Assembly (NCBI GenBank): GCA_964016885.1
Contig: OZ024743.1
Span: 249,116,001-249,180,000 of the forward strand
From: Eledone cirrhosa
Lineage: Eukaryota
Length of the DNA: 64,000 nt
Direction: 5' to 3'
Below, piece after piece: positions 12,950-26,311 of this stretch (position 1 is its first letter; each line of letters begins with the position of its first letter). The translations under genes and the position numbers were made by a program. Below the pieces are notes generated by a model. The model was not told where the DNA came from, searched no databases, and saw only the letters and a program-made list of their open reading frames with translations.

Positions 12950-13048
12950 TTAAGTATCATTATCAACAATGTCTGTGAGTTCATAAATATTTTCATGTGT
13001 ATCAGTAGGGGTCTGACTCTGAATATTGTTAAGGTGACGTCCAGATAC
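12950..13048 (-). CDS. CCDC162-like protein, last coding exon (VSGRHLNN...DNDT*)
   Basis: minus-strand cag acceptor at 13049-13050, phase 0, TAA at 12950-12952. Confidence 0.65.
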   Translation of the reverse strand, partial: VSGRHLNNIQSQTPTDTHENIYELTDIVDNDT

Positions 13049-13979
13049 CTGCCAGAGAAAATAAGGAATTAAGTACATAGAAAAAGAAAGATAATTATTC
13101 ATATTAAGCACAAACTCGTTTTTCTTAACATTTAGAATATTGTACATGAGAAAGAATACAGAACTAAATCTATAAAAAAATATTTGATGGTAGATTAGCA
13201 GAGTCATTAGAGCAGAGGACAAAATACCTGGCAGTATTTGTTCCACAAAGCCAACTTTGTCTTTCATCCTTTAAAGGCTGATAAGATAAAGTACCAGTAT
13301 AACAAGACCACTTAATTTAACAGGATTACCTAGCCCTTGATGCCTTTAGCAGAGTCCACTCTGTTGCAAGCATTTGGACCAAGTTTCCAGTTTGAAGACA
13401 CCTTCCTCCCTAAATTCTCAGAAGTCCCCACAAAGGTTATGGATACTATCCTTCCCTCGACAAAAAAACAACAAAATCAAAAACAAAAAAAAACAAATAA
13501 AAAAAAAACACTCGAAAAGTTTAAAATTCCTCAAATAGCTGTAATAGAGATACAAAAAAATGAGTTGATTGTTAGACTGGAACAAGGAAACAATGTTTTA
13601 ATTGGTCTTTCCATTGCTGATAATATCTGCTAGTCATAAATCCTGGCAGAAGGATGAGGGATTTGAACTCAAAATGCATAGAGCTAGATCAGATACTGCA
13701 AAGCATCCAGTATGACTCTAACAATTCTACCAACCTACTACCCCTTGATTGGTACTTTATTTATTGATCCCAGAAGGATCAAAGGCAAAGTCGACATAGG
13801 CAGGAGTTGAACATAGAGCACAATGAGCCAGAAAAATGCTGATGCATTTAATCCAAGACTAACAACTGTACCAATTTGCCATTTATAACTAATAACAATG
13901 AGATATGCACTTATCAAGCCAAGTACCAAATGTAACTAATTGTTTCACCTCTCTTACATTGATCTCTGATAAAGGTATT

Positions 13980-14155
13980 AATTATTTCTACTTTTGGCAC
14001 AAGGCCAGCAATTACCCAGTACATTACTTGTACTTTATTTTATCAACCCCGTAAGGATGAAAGGCAAAGTTAACCTCAATGGGATTTGAACTCAGTAACT
14101 ATGCTGGAAAGCATGGCGTCCAACCCTCTACTGATACTGCCAATTCACCACCCCA
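13980..14155 (-). mobile_element. SINE family A
   Basis: Reverse complement of the family A core; a second degenerate copy at ~13700-13880. Confidence 0.75.
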
Positions 14156-16028
14156 GGTATTAATGCTATCCAATATTATATGCAAATCTTAAGTAAGGTG
14201 TGTATAAAACAAATTTATATTAATAAGGTTAATAGTTACACATTTTATAACTATTTCAATTATACTGTTTAGATTTGATTGACCCTTTCATTTCCAATGA
14301 AACCTTGCCTGTGATTTTCAAATATTTTAGAAAGCAAACAAGAATTTGTAATATAACTAACGTTTTCATTATTAAGTTGATATTTGGAGTATAGCTTAAG
14401 GGTTCTTACATAAAATTATGATGAAACATTGTTAGAGAAATATATGCATTTAAAAAAAAGCAATTCTGAATCATATAACCAGGGGCAGCACCATTAGTAT
14501 TAAAAAGGTTAGGGTGTTGAACAGTTGCTACACAACCCACAAGAGAAAACTATGTTTAACTGGATTGCTTTATGTCCTCTTACTCATACAACTACAACAA
14601 GTGTTTTAAGGCCACAGCAATGGTTACAATCATATAAACTGTAAATCAATAAACACTACATGAACTTGTCAGTTTAGAAGCTGATACTATAAAAGACACC
14701 TAAGCAGAATATTCAGAGCTTATCTCATTTCCAGGGTACACAAAGAGAAATTGAATCATCTATTCTCTCACACCTCTTGCTCACTCAAGCAGCCTGAAAC
14801 ACCTCATACTTCTGAATGGTCAACAGATTTGAGGTGGGGAGGAATTTCTCCCCCCCCCCTCTCACCCATAACTGACAGTCGGATATGAAAGACACCAAAG
14901 GGGCAAGCCACCTCTCTAGGCTCATCTGATGTCACTTCCCCTATCATGTCTAGTGTAGTCTTACATCCTACCACAGTAGATTAACATAATTAGTAAAACA
15001 ATTCTAACAAGTCAGCAAAGGAGCTTCAACACAGTTGCTCAACCTGCTTGAAATAGTAGCCAATCTACTCCATAATCACAACTTACTATTTACTATCTAT
15101 TTGAGATTGTATGCATATATTCATGTGTGTGTGTGTCACCAAAAGTCTCCAAAATGCTGTGTCCTAGAGAAAAACAAATTTGATTTTTGAAATCTGTATC
15201 CCAAGGAGAAGGTTTTTGAGTACATGGAGCTTCTTAATTCCGAAAAGAATAAAATACCCCCCCCCCCCAAAAAAAAATAGGAATACTATCAATCACTGTT
15301 ACTGTAACAATTTAAGTAGTCTGGCTTTTATTGATTTTTTCATGTATTCCTTCAATGTGACCTTATAATTCCGTCCATCTATGTCATCAGCAGAGGGCAT
15401 TGTTTTCACTATGAGGCAGAGAATTATCCTCACAGAGGTCATCCAATGTTTATATGAAGACACTCATACTAAAATACACAAACCACTGATATCACTTCAA
15501 CATACTGAGGTAATTTCCATAAAAACCACCTAAAGGATGATTGAGGATTCATGTGGATGTGCCATGGGGAATAAGTAATGGGAGATGAAGCACAGGGGAG
15601 ACATGGTCTGAGATGGAATAAAAAAAATTGAAAGAAAGGCATTCTATAGTAAAAATTACTCAGCAATTACGGGCTACTCTGCTACTCTTAAGGATACATT
15701 GCACAATGTAGTCTCTTATATGCAAAATCACATGATCACAGCTGGGATGCATTTGGGCTATTTGATCAGTGTTGATTCATAGCTAAACAAGAACAACATA
15801 ACTATTCAAACAAATCATGAAAATGTCTAAAACCAAACCATGCTAGAATTTTAACCCTTATAATATAGTAATAAAAAAAAAAGGAAAAAGAAAATACTAT
15901 TTCTTATATTTATCATAATGTAATAAAATTGTATAAGAATTCAACAACAGTCTAGAAATAAATGCTACTAATGTAGACTTTTCATTGCTACACTAAATTA
16001 TACATATTAACAAAATAGTTTTTCTTAC

Positions 16029-16150
16029 AGTCTTTGGTCTTTGTTTCAACTTCCTGAGTTCATAATTATCCAATGAAAACTCATGTTTCTTGGCCCATAC
16101 GGAAGCAGGACTTAGATAGTTACTAGACTGTCTAGATGACAATGATCTAA
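16029..16150 (-). CDS. CCDC162-like exon (RSLSSRQ...LKQRPKT)
   Basis: tttcag acceptor, gtaaga donor; phase 1 to 0; open frame. Confidence 0.75.
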
Positions 16151-17699
16151 CTGAAAGTTAAAGTATATGCATCATTGAAATTGTGACATGATAAAAAGAA
16201 AAAAATAACAAAATAAAACAAAACTATAACACATAAACAAAGATGTGCTTTACATGTCTGTAGAAATGCAATCTTCTCTCCTGCACATTACATATGATTC
16301 TTCTTATACCCAGTTTATCTCTCAACTCATCTAAGCTTCATCATTCATCCATAGTAACATTACACATCCAATGAAGCATACTCAATTCATTTCTTTCTAA
16401 CCTTCATATATCCTCTACATTCAGTACCTTTAAAATGTTCACCCCTGTTCTTATTCTAGCTATAATTTATTCAGAGTACATCCCATTACAGCAAATTAGA
16501 TCACCTAAGTAACAAAACCATCAGCTATTTCTGTGAAGCTTTCCTTGGATGGGAAATAATGTATTTAATTAAATAAGTCAACCAACCCATACCAGCATAG
16601 AAAGCAGATGGATGATGATGGGGATGACAAACGATCCATTCTCAGAAAAATCACCTGGTTAACATTTTAAAGACATTTTCAGGTCAATGACTTAAGCTTT
16701 AATACAATAAAATGTTATGACACCATAGCTAATCTGTAATGATCAGTGAAATGATGATGATATCTGAAACAACATCTAATTGGTGATGTTCAATGAAATG
16801 ATAATGTGATGGTACTGACTGAAACAATACATAATTTTGAAAGTATATTAGCATATTGTTAGCTACTACAATCATCGGCATCATCATTTTTATGTCGGCT
16901 TTTCCACACTTGCATGGATTGGATGGGTCCTTTTCAGCACAACATCCCTCCAGATTCTGTATTCCTTCATTATCTCTTCTGTGAGTCTCAGCAATTTGAG
17001 ATCAGCTCTCACAACTTCCACCCAGATCTTCCTTGGTCTATCTCTACTGTGGCTTCCCTCCATTGGGATTTCTTGGCATTTCTTCACCCAGCAATCATTA
17101 TCCATGTGCATTACATGTCTGTACCAATGAAGTCTTCTTTCTTGCACACCATTTGACTATTAAATAACCAAACAGGCTGGGCACAGAAAACCCTAGGGAC
17201 AGAAAAATGTTAGAGCTCTGTCCACTTATTTCTGTCTCTAGGGGCTTAGTCATTAGAGTTTTAGAAGCTATCATATTTTCAAAATTCAAATTTGCTCAAC
17301 GATTTGTAAAACAATAATTAAAAAAAAATACATTATCTGTTTATTAAATATCAAGTCATACCATTCTTTCCAGTTCAAATATTATTCTTGCTATTTATAA
17401 AAATAATATAAGTTCCTTTATGTAATCAGGAAACTCATCACCGTTGTTATATCTATATCTGTTTTTCCACGCTTGCATGGGTTAAATGAGATCTTTATTC
17501 TGGTAGATTTTCTAAAGTCAAACCCCCTTCATAATGTCAAACTATATTTTATTTCTAATATAGTATATACTGTTGGTTTCTTTCAAACTACTATACTGTT
17601 GGACATATTGTTTATGGATGAGATAAACTGTCACCACTGGCTTTTTATAATTGGTGTTGATATGATATTTGTGTCAACTGGCACACAGAGAGAGAGATA

Positions 17700-20277
17700 T
17701 ATAGCTAAAGAAACGAAGGGAATGAGGCTCCTGGAATTCTATGACACAAATGAACTAACCATTTGCAACACAATTTTCAGGAAATCGGATAGCCATCTGA
17801 TCACGTATCAATCAGGTGAACATGCAAGCCAAATTGATTACTTATTTGTAGAATGAGATAAACAGACTGTAATAAATACTAAAATCTTCCCTGCAGGAAA
17901 ATATGGAGATGGAGGGTTTTGAAACTAAAGGACCTTTCAGTTAAATATAAGTTTAGAAAGGCCCTACAGGATGCATTTGATGAGAGGTGTGATGAGTTAG
18001 ATACATATAACATAGAGAACATTTGGGAATTCTTGCATGACAACCTTCTGTGAACTACTGATAAAACTTGCAGCTGGAGTAAAGTACCAGCCAGACAGAG
18101 GGTGACCTGGTGGTGGAACAATAGAGTAGATAGACCCATTAAAACCAAGAGACAGGTGTGGAAAGGCTGGATAAATGGGTGTCGCAAAGACCAATATCAG
18201 GTAGTTAAGAGAGAGGCTGAAAATGAAAAAAAAGTTTGTCAATTTCTTGAGACATGAGGATCAGAGACATGAAGTGTTCCACACTGCAAGGCAGTGTGTC
18301 AGTGTAAATAGAGATGTTGTTTGGGAAATGTGTGTTATAAATAACACTGGTGCACCTAAGCACCATTGATGTTCAAAAGAAAGAATCCTGGAAATGTTAT
18401 TATGAGAAACTAATGAATGTAGAGAATCAAGTGGAGGAGGAGAGACTACCCTCAACTTACCCAACAGAAGGACCAGCTACTGAAGTTGACAGTTATAGGG
18501 TCAAAGAAGCAATCAAGGAAATGAAGAATGGTAAAGCTGCGGGACCATCAGAGATAGTTGCTGAGATGCTCAAAGCATTGGGAGAAGTAAGAGTCAAACT
18601 AATAAACTACACAGTCGATCAGTTAGTACACGATGGAGTAATACCTAATGACTTGTGCAGCAATACAGTTATAAATTGCTACAATGGAAAAGGTGATGCT
18701 CTAGAAAAGAGCACCTATAGAGGAATAAAACTAATGGACTAAGTTATGAAAGTGACGGGAAGCGTTATAGCCCAGCTAATTAGGGAAAGAGACAAATTAG
18801 ATGAGATGCAGTTTGGTTTCATGCCTGAGAAAAGTACTACAGATTCCTTCTTTTTAGTGAGGCAACTACAAGAGAAGTTCTTAGCCAAGAATAAGCCGTT
18901 ATATTTAGATTTTGTTGATCTAGAAAAGGCCTTTGACAGAGTACCTCGATCAATTATCTGGTGAACCCTAAGGAAATTATGTGTAGAAGAATGGCTGGTG
19001 AGAGCAGTGCAAGTGATGTACAGAGGAGCTGTCAGTTAAGTGACAGGATGTGAGTTTAGTGAGGAATTCAAGGTTTAGGTAGTGGTTCATCAGGTTTCAA
19101 TTCCTAACAAACTGCTATTCATCGTAGTTTTCCAGGCCATAACAGAGGAGTTTAAGTCTGGCTGTCCTTGGGAACTTCTCTATATGGATGATCTGATCCT
19201 TATAGCTGAATCCATAAAAGAAGTAGAGAATAAGTTCCAACTATGGAAACAGAATTTGGAATCAAAAGGTCTGAAATTGAACTTAGCCAAAACTAAAGTG
19301 TTAGTAAGTAGGAAAGCATATATGGTCCTGATTCCCCAAGGAAGAGGCCCTGCTCAGTATGTAGAAAAGGAGAACACATAAACTCAATAAGATATATATC
19401 GTGTAAATCTAGGGTACACAAGAGATGTAGTGGGATAACAGGCAGACTAACAGGAAGGGAAGACTTTGTATGTAGGTGCACATGGGTATTCAATGGGAAG
19501 TGCAGCAGTGATATAAACCTTTTTCAGTCATAGGAAGGGTCCATAGAATTGTTGATATCTTTTGCTATCTAGGTGATTTAATTAACAGCAGAGGATAGTG
19601 CCCTGATACCATAATAACTAAAATAAGGATAGGATGGAAAAAAGTTTAGAGAGCTACTCCCACTGTTGACAACAAAAGGTTTCTCTCTCCATACAAAAGG
19701 ATAACTGTATGATGCTTGCATCATCATCGTCATCAACGTTTAACGTCTATCTTCCATGCTAGCATGGGTTAGACGGGAATTGTCCCACTTGAGGCAAGAT
19801 TGGTCGGGTGACCATGTCTCGCTCGTATAGGACTATCTGGCAGGTTTTCTATGGCTGGATGCCCTTCCTGTATGCAAAGTGAATGTTGCATGGTCATAGA
19901 ACATAGGCTATGACTGCAGAAGATGTGTAGACTGGAGAGAAATGAAACAACCATGCTTTGTTGGATGTGCAATGTAAATGTGAGAGAAAGGCAGAGCTTT
20001 GATGAACTAAGGGAGAAACTGGGTTTTAGAGGAATCCAAAGTGGTGTGTAAAAGAGAAGACTGTGTTGGTAAGGACACATGATATGAAAAGATGATGATC
20101 ATCGGGTGAAGAAGTGCTAGAAAGCCGCAGTAGAGATAGCCCAAGGAAGACGTGGGGAGAGGAAGATCTGAGACTCACAGAGGAGATGATGAATGAACAC
20201 AGTGAGTGGAGAGGTAGTGCTTTGAAAAGGACCAATGCAAGTGTGGAAAAACAGATGTAAAATCGATGATGATGGTG
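17700..20277 (+). mobile_element. decayed RTE LINE (APE end, RT, C-terminus) with a nested minus-strand RTE 3' end at ~19722-19870
   Basis: SQIDY, KAAGPSEIVAEML, QFGFMP..STTD, FVDLEKAFDRVPR, LLYMDDL motifs with many stops and frameshifts; (GAT)n tail. Confidence 0.88.
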
Positions 20278-20600
20278 ATATACATATATATACATGTGTA
20301 TATATATATAGTCTGTCTTAAGACTCATTTGGTCAGTGCTTATCCTGATTTCATGGCGTGAAGTGACTGAGAGTACAAGACACTCCCCTGGACAGGACGC
20401 CAATCCATCGCAGGGTTAAACCCCCAGCTATTGCTGGTACTCATTTTCAGCTGAGTATACTGGAGCAACATGAAATGAAGTGTTTTGCGCAAGAACACAA
20501 CACGCAACCCAGGAATCGAACCCATGACATTATGATTGTAAGTCCAACACACTAGGCCATGTGCCTCCACTATATATATATATATATATATATTATACAT

Positions 20601-22529
20601 ATCATCATCATCATCATCATCATCGTTTAACGTCCATATTCCACGCTTGCATGGGTTTGGACGGGGGTTTTCCCACTTGAGGCAAGAGTGGTTGTCTTGC
20701 TCGCATAGGACTGTCTGGCGGGTTTTCTACAGCTGGATGCCCTTCCTAACACCAACCACATTTACAGTGTGGGACTGGGAGGTTTTTACCGTGTTGCCTA
20801 CACGGCCACATTACAGCGTGGACTGTGTGTTTTTTTGTCGTGACACCTACACGACCTCATTTGTTTCGGGCTGGATGTTGTGACACCAACATAACTTTAC
20901 ATTGAAAGGGGTGGTGTGGATGGGGTGGGGGTAGTGGGATGGGGTGTATTTTGTTAGAGGTGCCTACTGACTATAGTAGGTTTCACTTTGTACTTAGGTA
21001 AGGCGGGTCTTCTCTATTACTGTGTAGCGCCAAAGCTCTCGGTCCAGTGACATTGTCTTGGAGAGGTATAAGTGTGTGAGGTCGGAATTTATCAAGTCGT
21101 CCCAGGTTTTTCTGGGTCTGCCTACTCCGTGGCTAGCGTCTATTTTTATTGCCCTGCACTTTTTTTATACAGCTGTCGTCTTTCATGCGCATCACGTGAC
21201 CATACCAACGTAGTCTTCTCTTGAGTAAACAACATCTGATCCCTCTTATTTCTAATTTCTCCCTTAGTACGTTTATGCTTTTCCGTTCACGTATATTACT
21301 ATTACACATCCAGCGGAACATGCAAGCTTCGTTTCTCTCCAGTCTGCGTATATCCTCTGCACACAATGCCCAGGTCTCACTGCCATGTAACATTGCTGTT
21401 CGTATGCAGGCATCATACAGCCTGCCTTTCATTTTTAGAGAGAACCCTTTAGCGGCCAATAGTGGTATAAGCTCTCTGAACCTTTTCCATCCCGTTCTGA
21501 CCCTAGCTACTGTACTTTCAGAGCACCCTCCCCCACTGCTGATTTTATCACCCAGGTAACGGAAGCTGTCCACTATTTCTATAGAACCATCTGTGCAATG
21601 GAATGAGTTAGTATTCTGTGGGCACTTGCTGCTACTTATTGCACCAGAGCACCGGCCACATATAAAATCTATATTCTTAGATAGTTTACCTGTGATCCCA
21701 CTACATCTTTTATGTACCCATACTTTGCATTTGGGACATAAAATGGAGTTTCTACCTACTCATTTCCTACACACTGAGCATGGCCATTTCCCAGATGGGA
21801 CCGGTGCCCTATTTTCCTTCCTACAAACTAGAACTTTAGTCTTAGACAAGTTAACTTTAAGGCCTTTTGATTCTAGGCCATGCTTCCATGTTTGGAATTT
21901 CTTCTCTAGTTCAGCCATTGATTCAGCTATGAGCGTTAGATCATCTGCATATAGGAGTTCTCATGGGCAGCCGGTCTTGAACTCCTCTGTTATAGCCTGA
22001 AGGGCAATAATAAATAGCAGGGGGCTAAGGATGGAGCCCTGATGTACACCAACTTTTACGCTAAACTCTTCACTATATTCGTTGTTAATTCTAACCTTGC
22101 TGACTGTTTCTTTATACATGGCTTGTATAGCTCTCACAAGCCATTCATCAACACCTAGTTTTCTAAGGGCCCACCAGATAATCGAGCGGAGTACTCTGTC
22201 AAAGGCTTTCTCCAAGTCAACAAAAGCTAAGTATAGGGGTTTACTTTTAGCTAGGTACTTCTCCTGTAGTTGTCGTACAATGAAAAGAGCGTCTGTTGTA
22301 CTTTTACCTGACACAAACCTGAAATGCATTTCATCCAGATCAACTCGCTCTCTGATTAGTTGCGCTATTACTTTTTCTGTGACCTTCATGACCTGGTCAA
22401 TTAATTTAATGCCTCTATAGTTTCCCCTATCTAGGGCATCACCTTTACCCTTGTAGCAGTTAATGATGATGCTGCTGCGCCAGTCCTTTGGAACGACCCC
22501 ATTCTGTATGACTTGGTTTACTATCCGGG
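20601..22529 (-). mobile_element. 5'-truncated, relatively young RTE LINE
   Basis: LAFVDLEKAFDRV, GVHQGSILSPLLF, YADD, FRYLG, MLHGSETW, RRLRWYGHVMR; 3' UTR and (GAT)n tail; flanked by TA runs. Confidence 0.93.
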
Positions 22530-22985
22530 TATATTATATATAATGTTTGGAGGACTGCAGGACTGCGTCTTTTTTATTATTTTTTATCCTGTTATTAAAA
22601 TAAGTTGGATTACTTTGAATAAATCATGATTGAATATTATGTAATTTATGTACTAAATTTCGTAGCGCTTGATTAAATATAAATACTTTTATGTATAATC
22701 TATTCCTTATTTCAAGATTCACTTCTGTTAAAAGTTTCAAATTTTAACTTTCAGTATATCACATTGATATAATCACTATCAACCCCAACTACACCTGAAA
22801 TATTAGGACAGAAAAAAGAACAGCAACAACAAAAAACAAAACAAAGTTTACCAGGTAATTTACTTTTTCGTTACCTCATCTTACAGTCCATTTTGGATTG
22901 ATTAGCCTTCTATCTCTTTCCACATAATATATCATATACAATGCTTCAAGCAAACGATAACATTTTATTATATATATATATATAA

Positions 22986-23625
22986 GGAAAAAATTAGAGA
23001 TAAGAGGGATCAGATGTTGTTTACTCGAGAGAAGGCTACGTTGGTATGGACACGTGATGCGCATGAAAGTCGATAGCTGTATAACAAAGTGCAGGGCAAT
23101 AAAGATAGACGGTAGCCACGGAATAGGCAGACCTAGAAAAACCTGGGACGAGCTGATAAACTCCGACCTCACACACTTACACCTCTCCAAGACAATGTCA
23201 CTGGACCGAGACCTTTGGCGGTACTCAGTAACAGAGAAGACCCGCCTTGCCAGTAGGCATCTCTAACAAAATACACCCCGTCCCACCACCACCACCCCCA
23301 CCCCATCCACACCACCCCGTCCTATGTAAAGTTATGTTGGTGCCGCGCCATCCGGGCCGAAACAAATGAGATCGTGTAGGTGTCACGACAAAAAAACACA
23401 CAGTCCACGCTGTAATGTGGCCGTGTAGGCAACACGGTAAAAACCTCCCAGACCCACACTGTAAATGTGGTTGGTGTTAGGAAGGGCATCCAACTGTAGA
23501 AAACCTGCCAGACAGTCCTATGCGAGCAAGACAATCACTCTTGCCTCAAGTGGGACTACCCCCGTCCAAACCCATGCAAGCGTGGAACACGGACGTTAAA
23601 CGTTGATGATGATGATGATGATGAT
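22986..23625 (+). mobile_element. RTE LINE 3' fragment, inverted relative to 20601-21262
   Basis: GRPRKTWDELINSDL C-terminus, same 3' UTR, (GAT)n tail. Confidence 0.9.
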
Positions 23626-23867
23626 ATATATATTTCGTTTCTGAATTTGTTTAGCCAGATTCTTTATCTGAAAACGTGTGTTGAAACCGATATTGTTATA
23701 CTTTAGGAGGGTCATGTTGCCAATAAGAAACACACGCACCAGTTGCTTTCACTTCAATTTATTATAATTAATTTATAAATTTTGGAATTTATAAATCTCC
23801 AGTTGGTTGGTTGGTTCCACAACCAGATGGTTGTTTATATATTGTCAAAGTTCTTTCGTCACACATT

Positions 23868-24403
23868 CTGTGTTCATCGATACAACCCCTAGAGGTGAAT
23901 TAGCTTACAAATTTAGAAGGGCCCTAGATAAACATAAACTCAATATTAAGATAGTAGAAAGACCAGGTACCTCCATAAAAACACTTATTAGCAAGACATA
24001 CCCTTTTCAAAGACCTCCCTGTATAGATAAGAAATGTATAATCTGTAAATTAAGCCCCCATATTAACTGTAAAACTAGAAATGTAGTATATAGCATAAGA
24101 TGTACTGAAGGACAATGTAGAGATAAAAATATAGTGTACATAGGTGAGACAGCTCGTAGTATAGGGGAACGGATAAATGAACATTGGCGAGACCTTCAAG
24201 ATAGTAAAGAATCATCTGTACTCTACCAACATGCTAAAATAGAACACAAGGGTAAATTAGAGAACATAGAAATAAAAATAGAATCTACACACAGAAAAGA
24301 CGCAATGTTTAGACAAATCACAGAGGCAATAAACATAAATGAATTACAACCAAAATTAAATAGAAAACATGAGTGGAACAGCAACATCACAACTTACAAT
24401 TAA
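23868..24403 (+). pseudogene. Penelope-like GIY-YIG endonuclease domain (truncated ORF)
   Basis: CxxxxCxxC linker, NVVYSIRC...YIGETARSIGERINEH...H...RQITEA...LNRKHEW. Confidence 0.9.
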
Positions 24404-24607
24404 GGACAAAATGAAAACACACACGCACATAGAACAAACAACCAACCAGTAACATGTAAATAAACAAATAAATAAACGAATATAAAAATACACACAGACA
24501 CCCAGATGTAACACATGTGCAAACTAAGCACACAACACACACACAAAAACAAGATGGCGTAGGACAGAACAAAGGAGAGGCACAAAAAACAAAGAAAAGA
24601 ACCCCCA

Positions 24608-24650
24608 GTCACTGAAGAGGTCACATAATGTGTGACGAAAGAACTTTGAC
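24608..24650 (+). ncRNA. minimal type I hammerhead ribozyme in the Penelope pseudo-LTR
   Basis: GTCA-CTGAAGA-G-GTCACA(TAATG)TGTGAC-GAAA-GAAC-TT-TGAC: core boxes, 6-bp stem II, 4-bp stem I. Confidence 0.75.
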
Positions 24651-24816
24651 AATATATAAACAACCATCTGGTTGTGGAACCAACCAACCGGAAATTTATA
24701 AATTCCAAAATTTATAAATTTATTATAATAAATTGAAGTGAAAGCAACTGGTGCATGTGTTTCTTATTGGCAACATGACCTCCCAAAGTATAACAATATA
24801 TATATATCTATCTATC

Positions 24817-24848
<32 letters not shown>

Positions 24849-25664
24849 CATATATATGTAACCCAGTACAACCTGTGCATGGGCAGGTTGTTGCTGACTA
24901 AACTGGCAACCCAACCAAGCTTGCTTGGTGGGGAGGGTGGATTTGAACACTCTGCAGGATGAAAAGCAAAACCAGTCAAAGGGCAGAGGAACTCAGGAGA
25001 GTCAACAGCCATCTAATAACCTTTTTTTTTTGTAGAGCAAAAGGTCACTCTGATATAAAAAGGTCACTCTGATATAAAACCTGTGACTTCGTTTGCATCC
25101 AATGATGTAGACCAGTTCTTTTTGGGTTCAGAGTGTGATTGAGTCTTTTGGGGTTCAGCATTTGATGTTCAGAGTATGATTGGCCCTGTGCAAAGCTTTT
25201 CCTCACTTAAAAAAGCTTCAAGCACAGGTATCGCTTGATATGTGACATTGTTTGCAATGCATGGTATTGTGGCCATAGGAAAGTCCCTAGCAGGGTAAAA
25301 ATCCACGTCCGTGATGCTCATGCTTACGTGTCAAGCGATGGCATTACTCCAAATTGAGTTGCAGCCATCATATATATATATATATAATTTCACACACACA
25401 TGCATAGATACACAACAGACTTCATACACTTTTTATCCCTCAAATTCAATTATAATCTATAGCAGAAGACACTTATCCAAGAGGCCACACAGTGGCTGAA
25501 ACCCAAAGCCATGTGGTACCAAAGAGAACTTCTTAATCATACAGCTATACCTATGCCATTTATACTAAACAGGTATCTCATACAATCTCTATAATTACAC
25601 TATATCATATACATATATTATAAATCTACACTGATTGTCTAGATTTATAAATTAAAATACTTAC

Positions 25665-25746
25665 AAATTAATGGTATTGGAGTGGTTGGTTCAGATCTGT
25701 ATCCAGTTCTAATATTTGACCTTGTCTTTGAAGGATTATCTTGAAT
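25665..25746 (-). CDS. CCDC162-like exon (IQDNPSKTRSNIRTGYRSEPTTPIPLI)
   Basis: ttctag acceptor, gtaagt donor; phase 0 to 1. Confidence 0.72.
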
Positions 25747-25784
25747 CTAGAAATAAATGATAGAGCTATATATATATATATATA

Positions 25785-26311
25785 TAAACCCATACGTACA
25801 TATATATATGTGAGCATGTATGTATATATATACATACTACTGTGCATCTGTACACATTATGTATGTACGTATACATACTTATATTCAAGTATCAGCCATA
25901 CTAAGAGTGAGAAATGAAATTTTGTTTCATTCTTTTCCATTTATTGTTTTCGGTGCGCCCGGCCGACTAACTCACTCGATATACAAATTAGGCTGCTCAG
26001 CCGTTAATATGCATAAGGAAAGTATATACTTTCAGACGTTCAATCATCTGACAGGAAGGTATATGATGCTGACGATAGCTAATAAGCTTGAAACTAGTAC
26101 ATCGTTCCTGTGTCAGTGTTGAACAAAAGGGCAACGATGGTTGCCGAGCACTGTACGGCATAATTCGGGCTGTTTGTTTACAAACAAACTGAACATTATA
26201 ATAAATGTTCGGTAAACCCATACGTACATATATATATGTGTGCATGTATGTATATATATACATACTACTGTGCGTCTGTACACATATATGTATGAACGTA
26301 TACATACTTAT
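25785..26311 (+). mobile_element. retrozyme-like element: ~428-bp unit with ~98-bp terminal redundancy
   Basis: 25785-25882 is nearly identical to 26213-26311; internal hammerhead; inserted in (TA)n. Confidence 0.65.
26048..26116 (+). ncRNA. type I hammerhead ribozyme with extended stem I
   Basis: GATG-CTGACGA-TAGCT(AATA)AGCTT-GAAA-CTAG-TA-CATC; palindromic stem III; distal ACAGGAA/TTCCTGT pairing. Confidence 0.75.

Larger units (their letters stand above)
23632..24799 (+). mobile_element. 5'-truncated Penelope-like element with inverted pseudo-LTR
   Basis: GIY-YIG ORF; 23690-23867 is the reverse complement of 24628-24799; TA runs on both sides. Confidence 0.9.
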
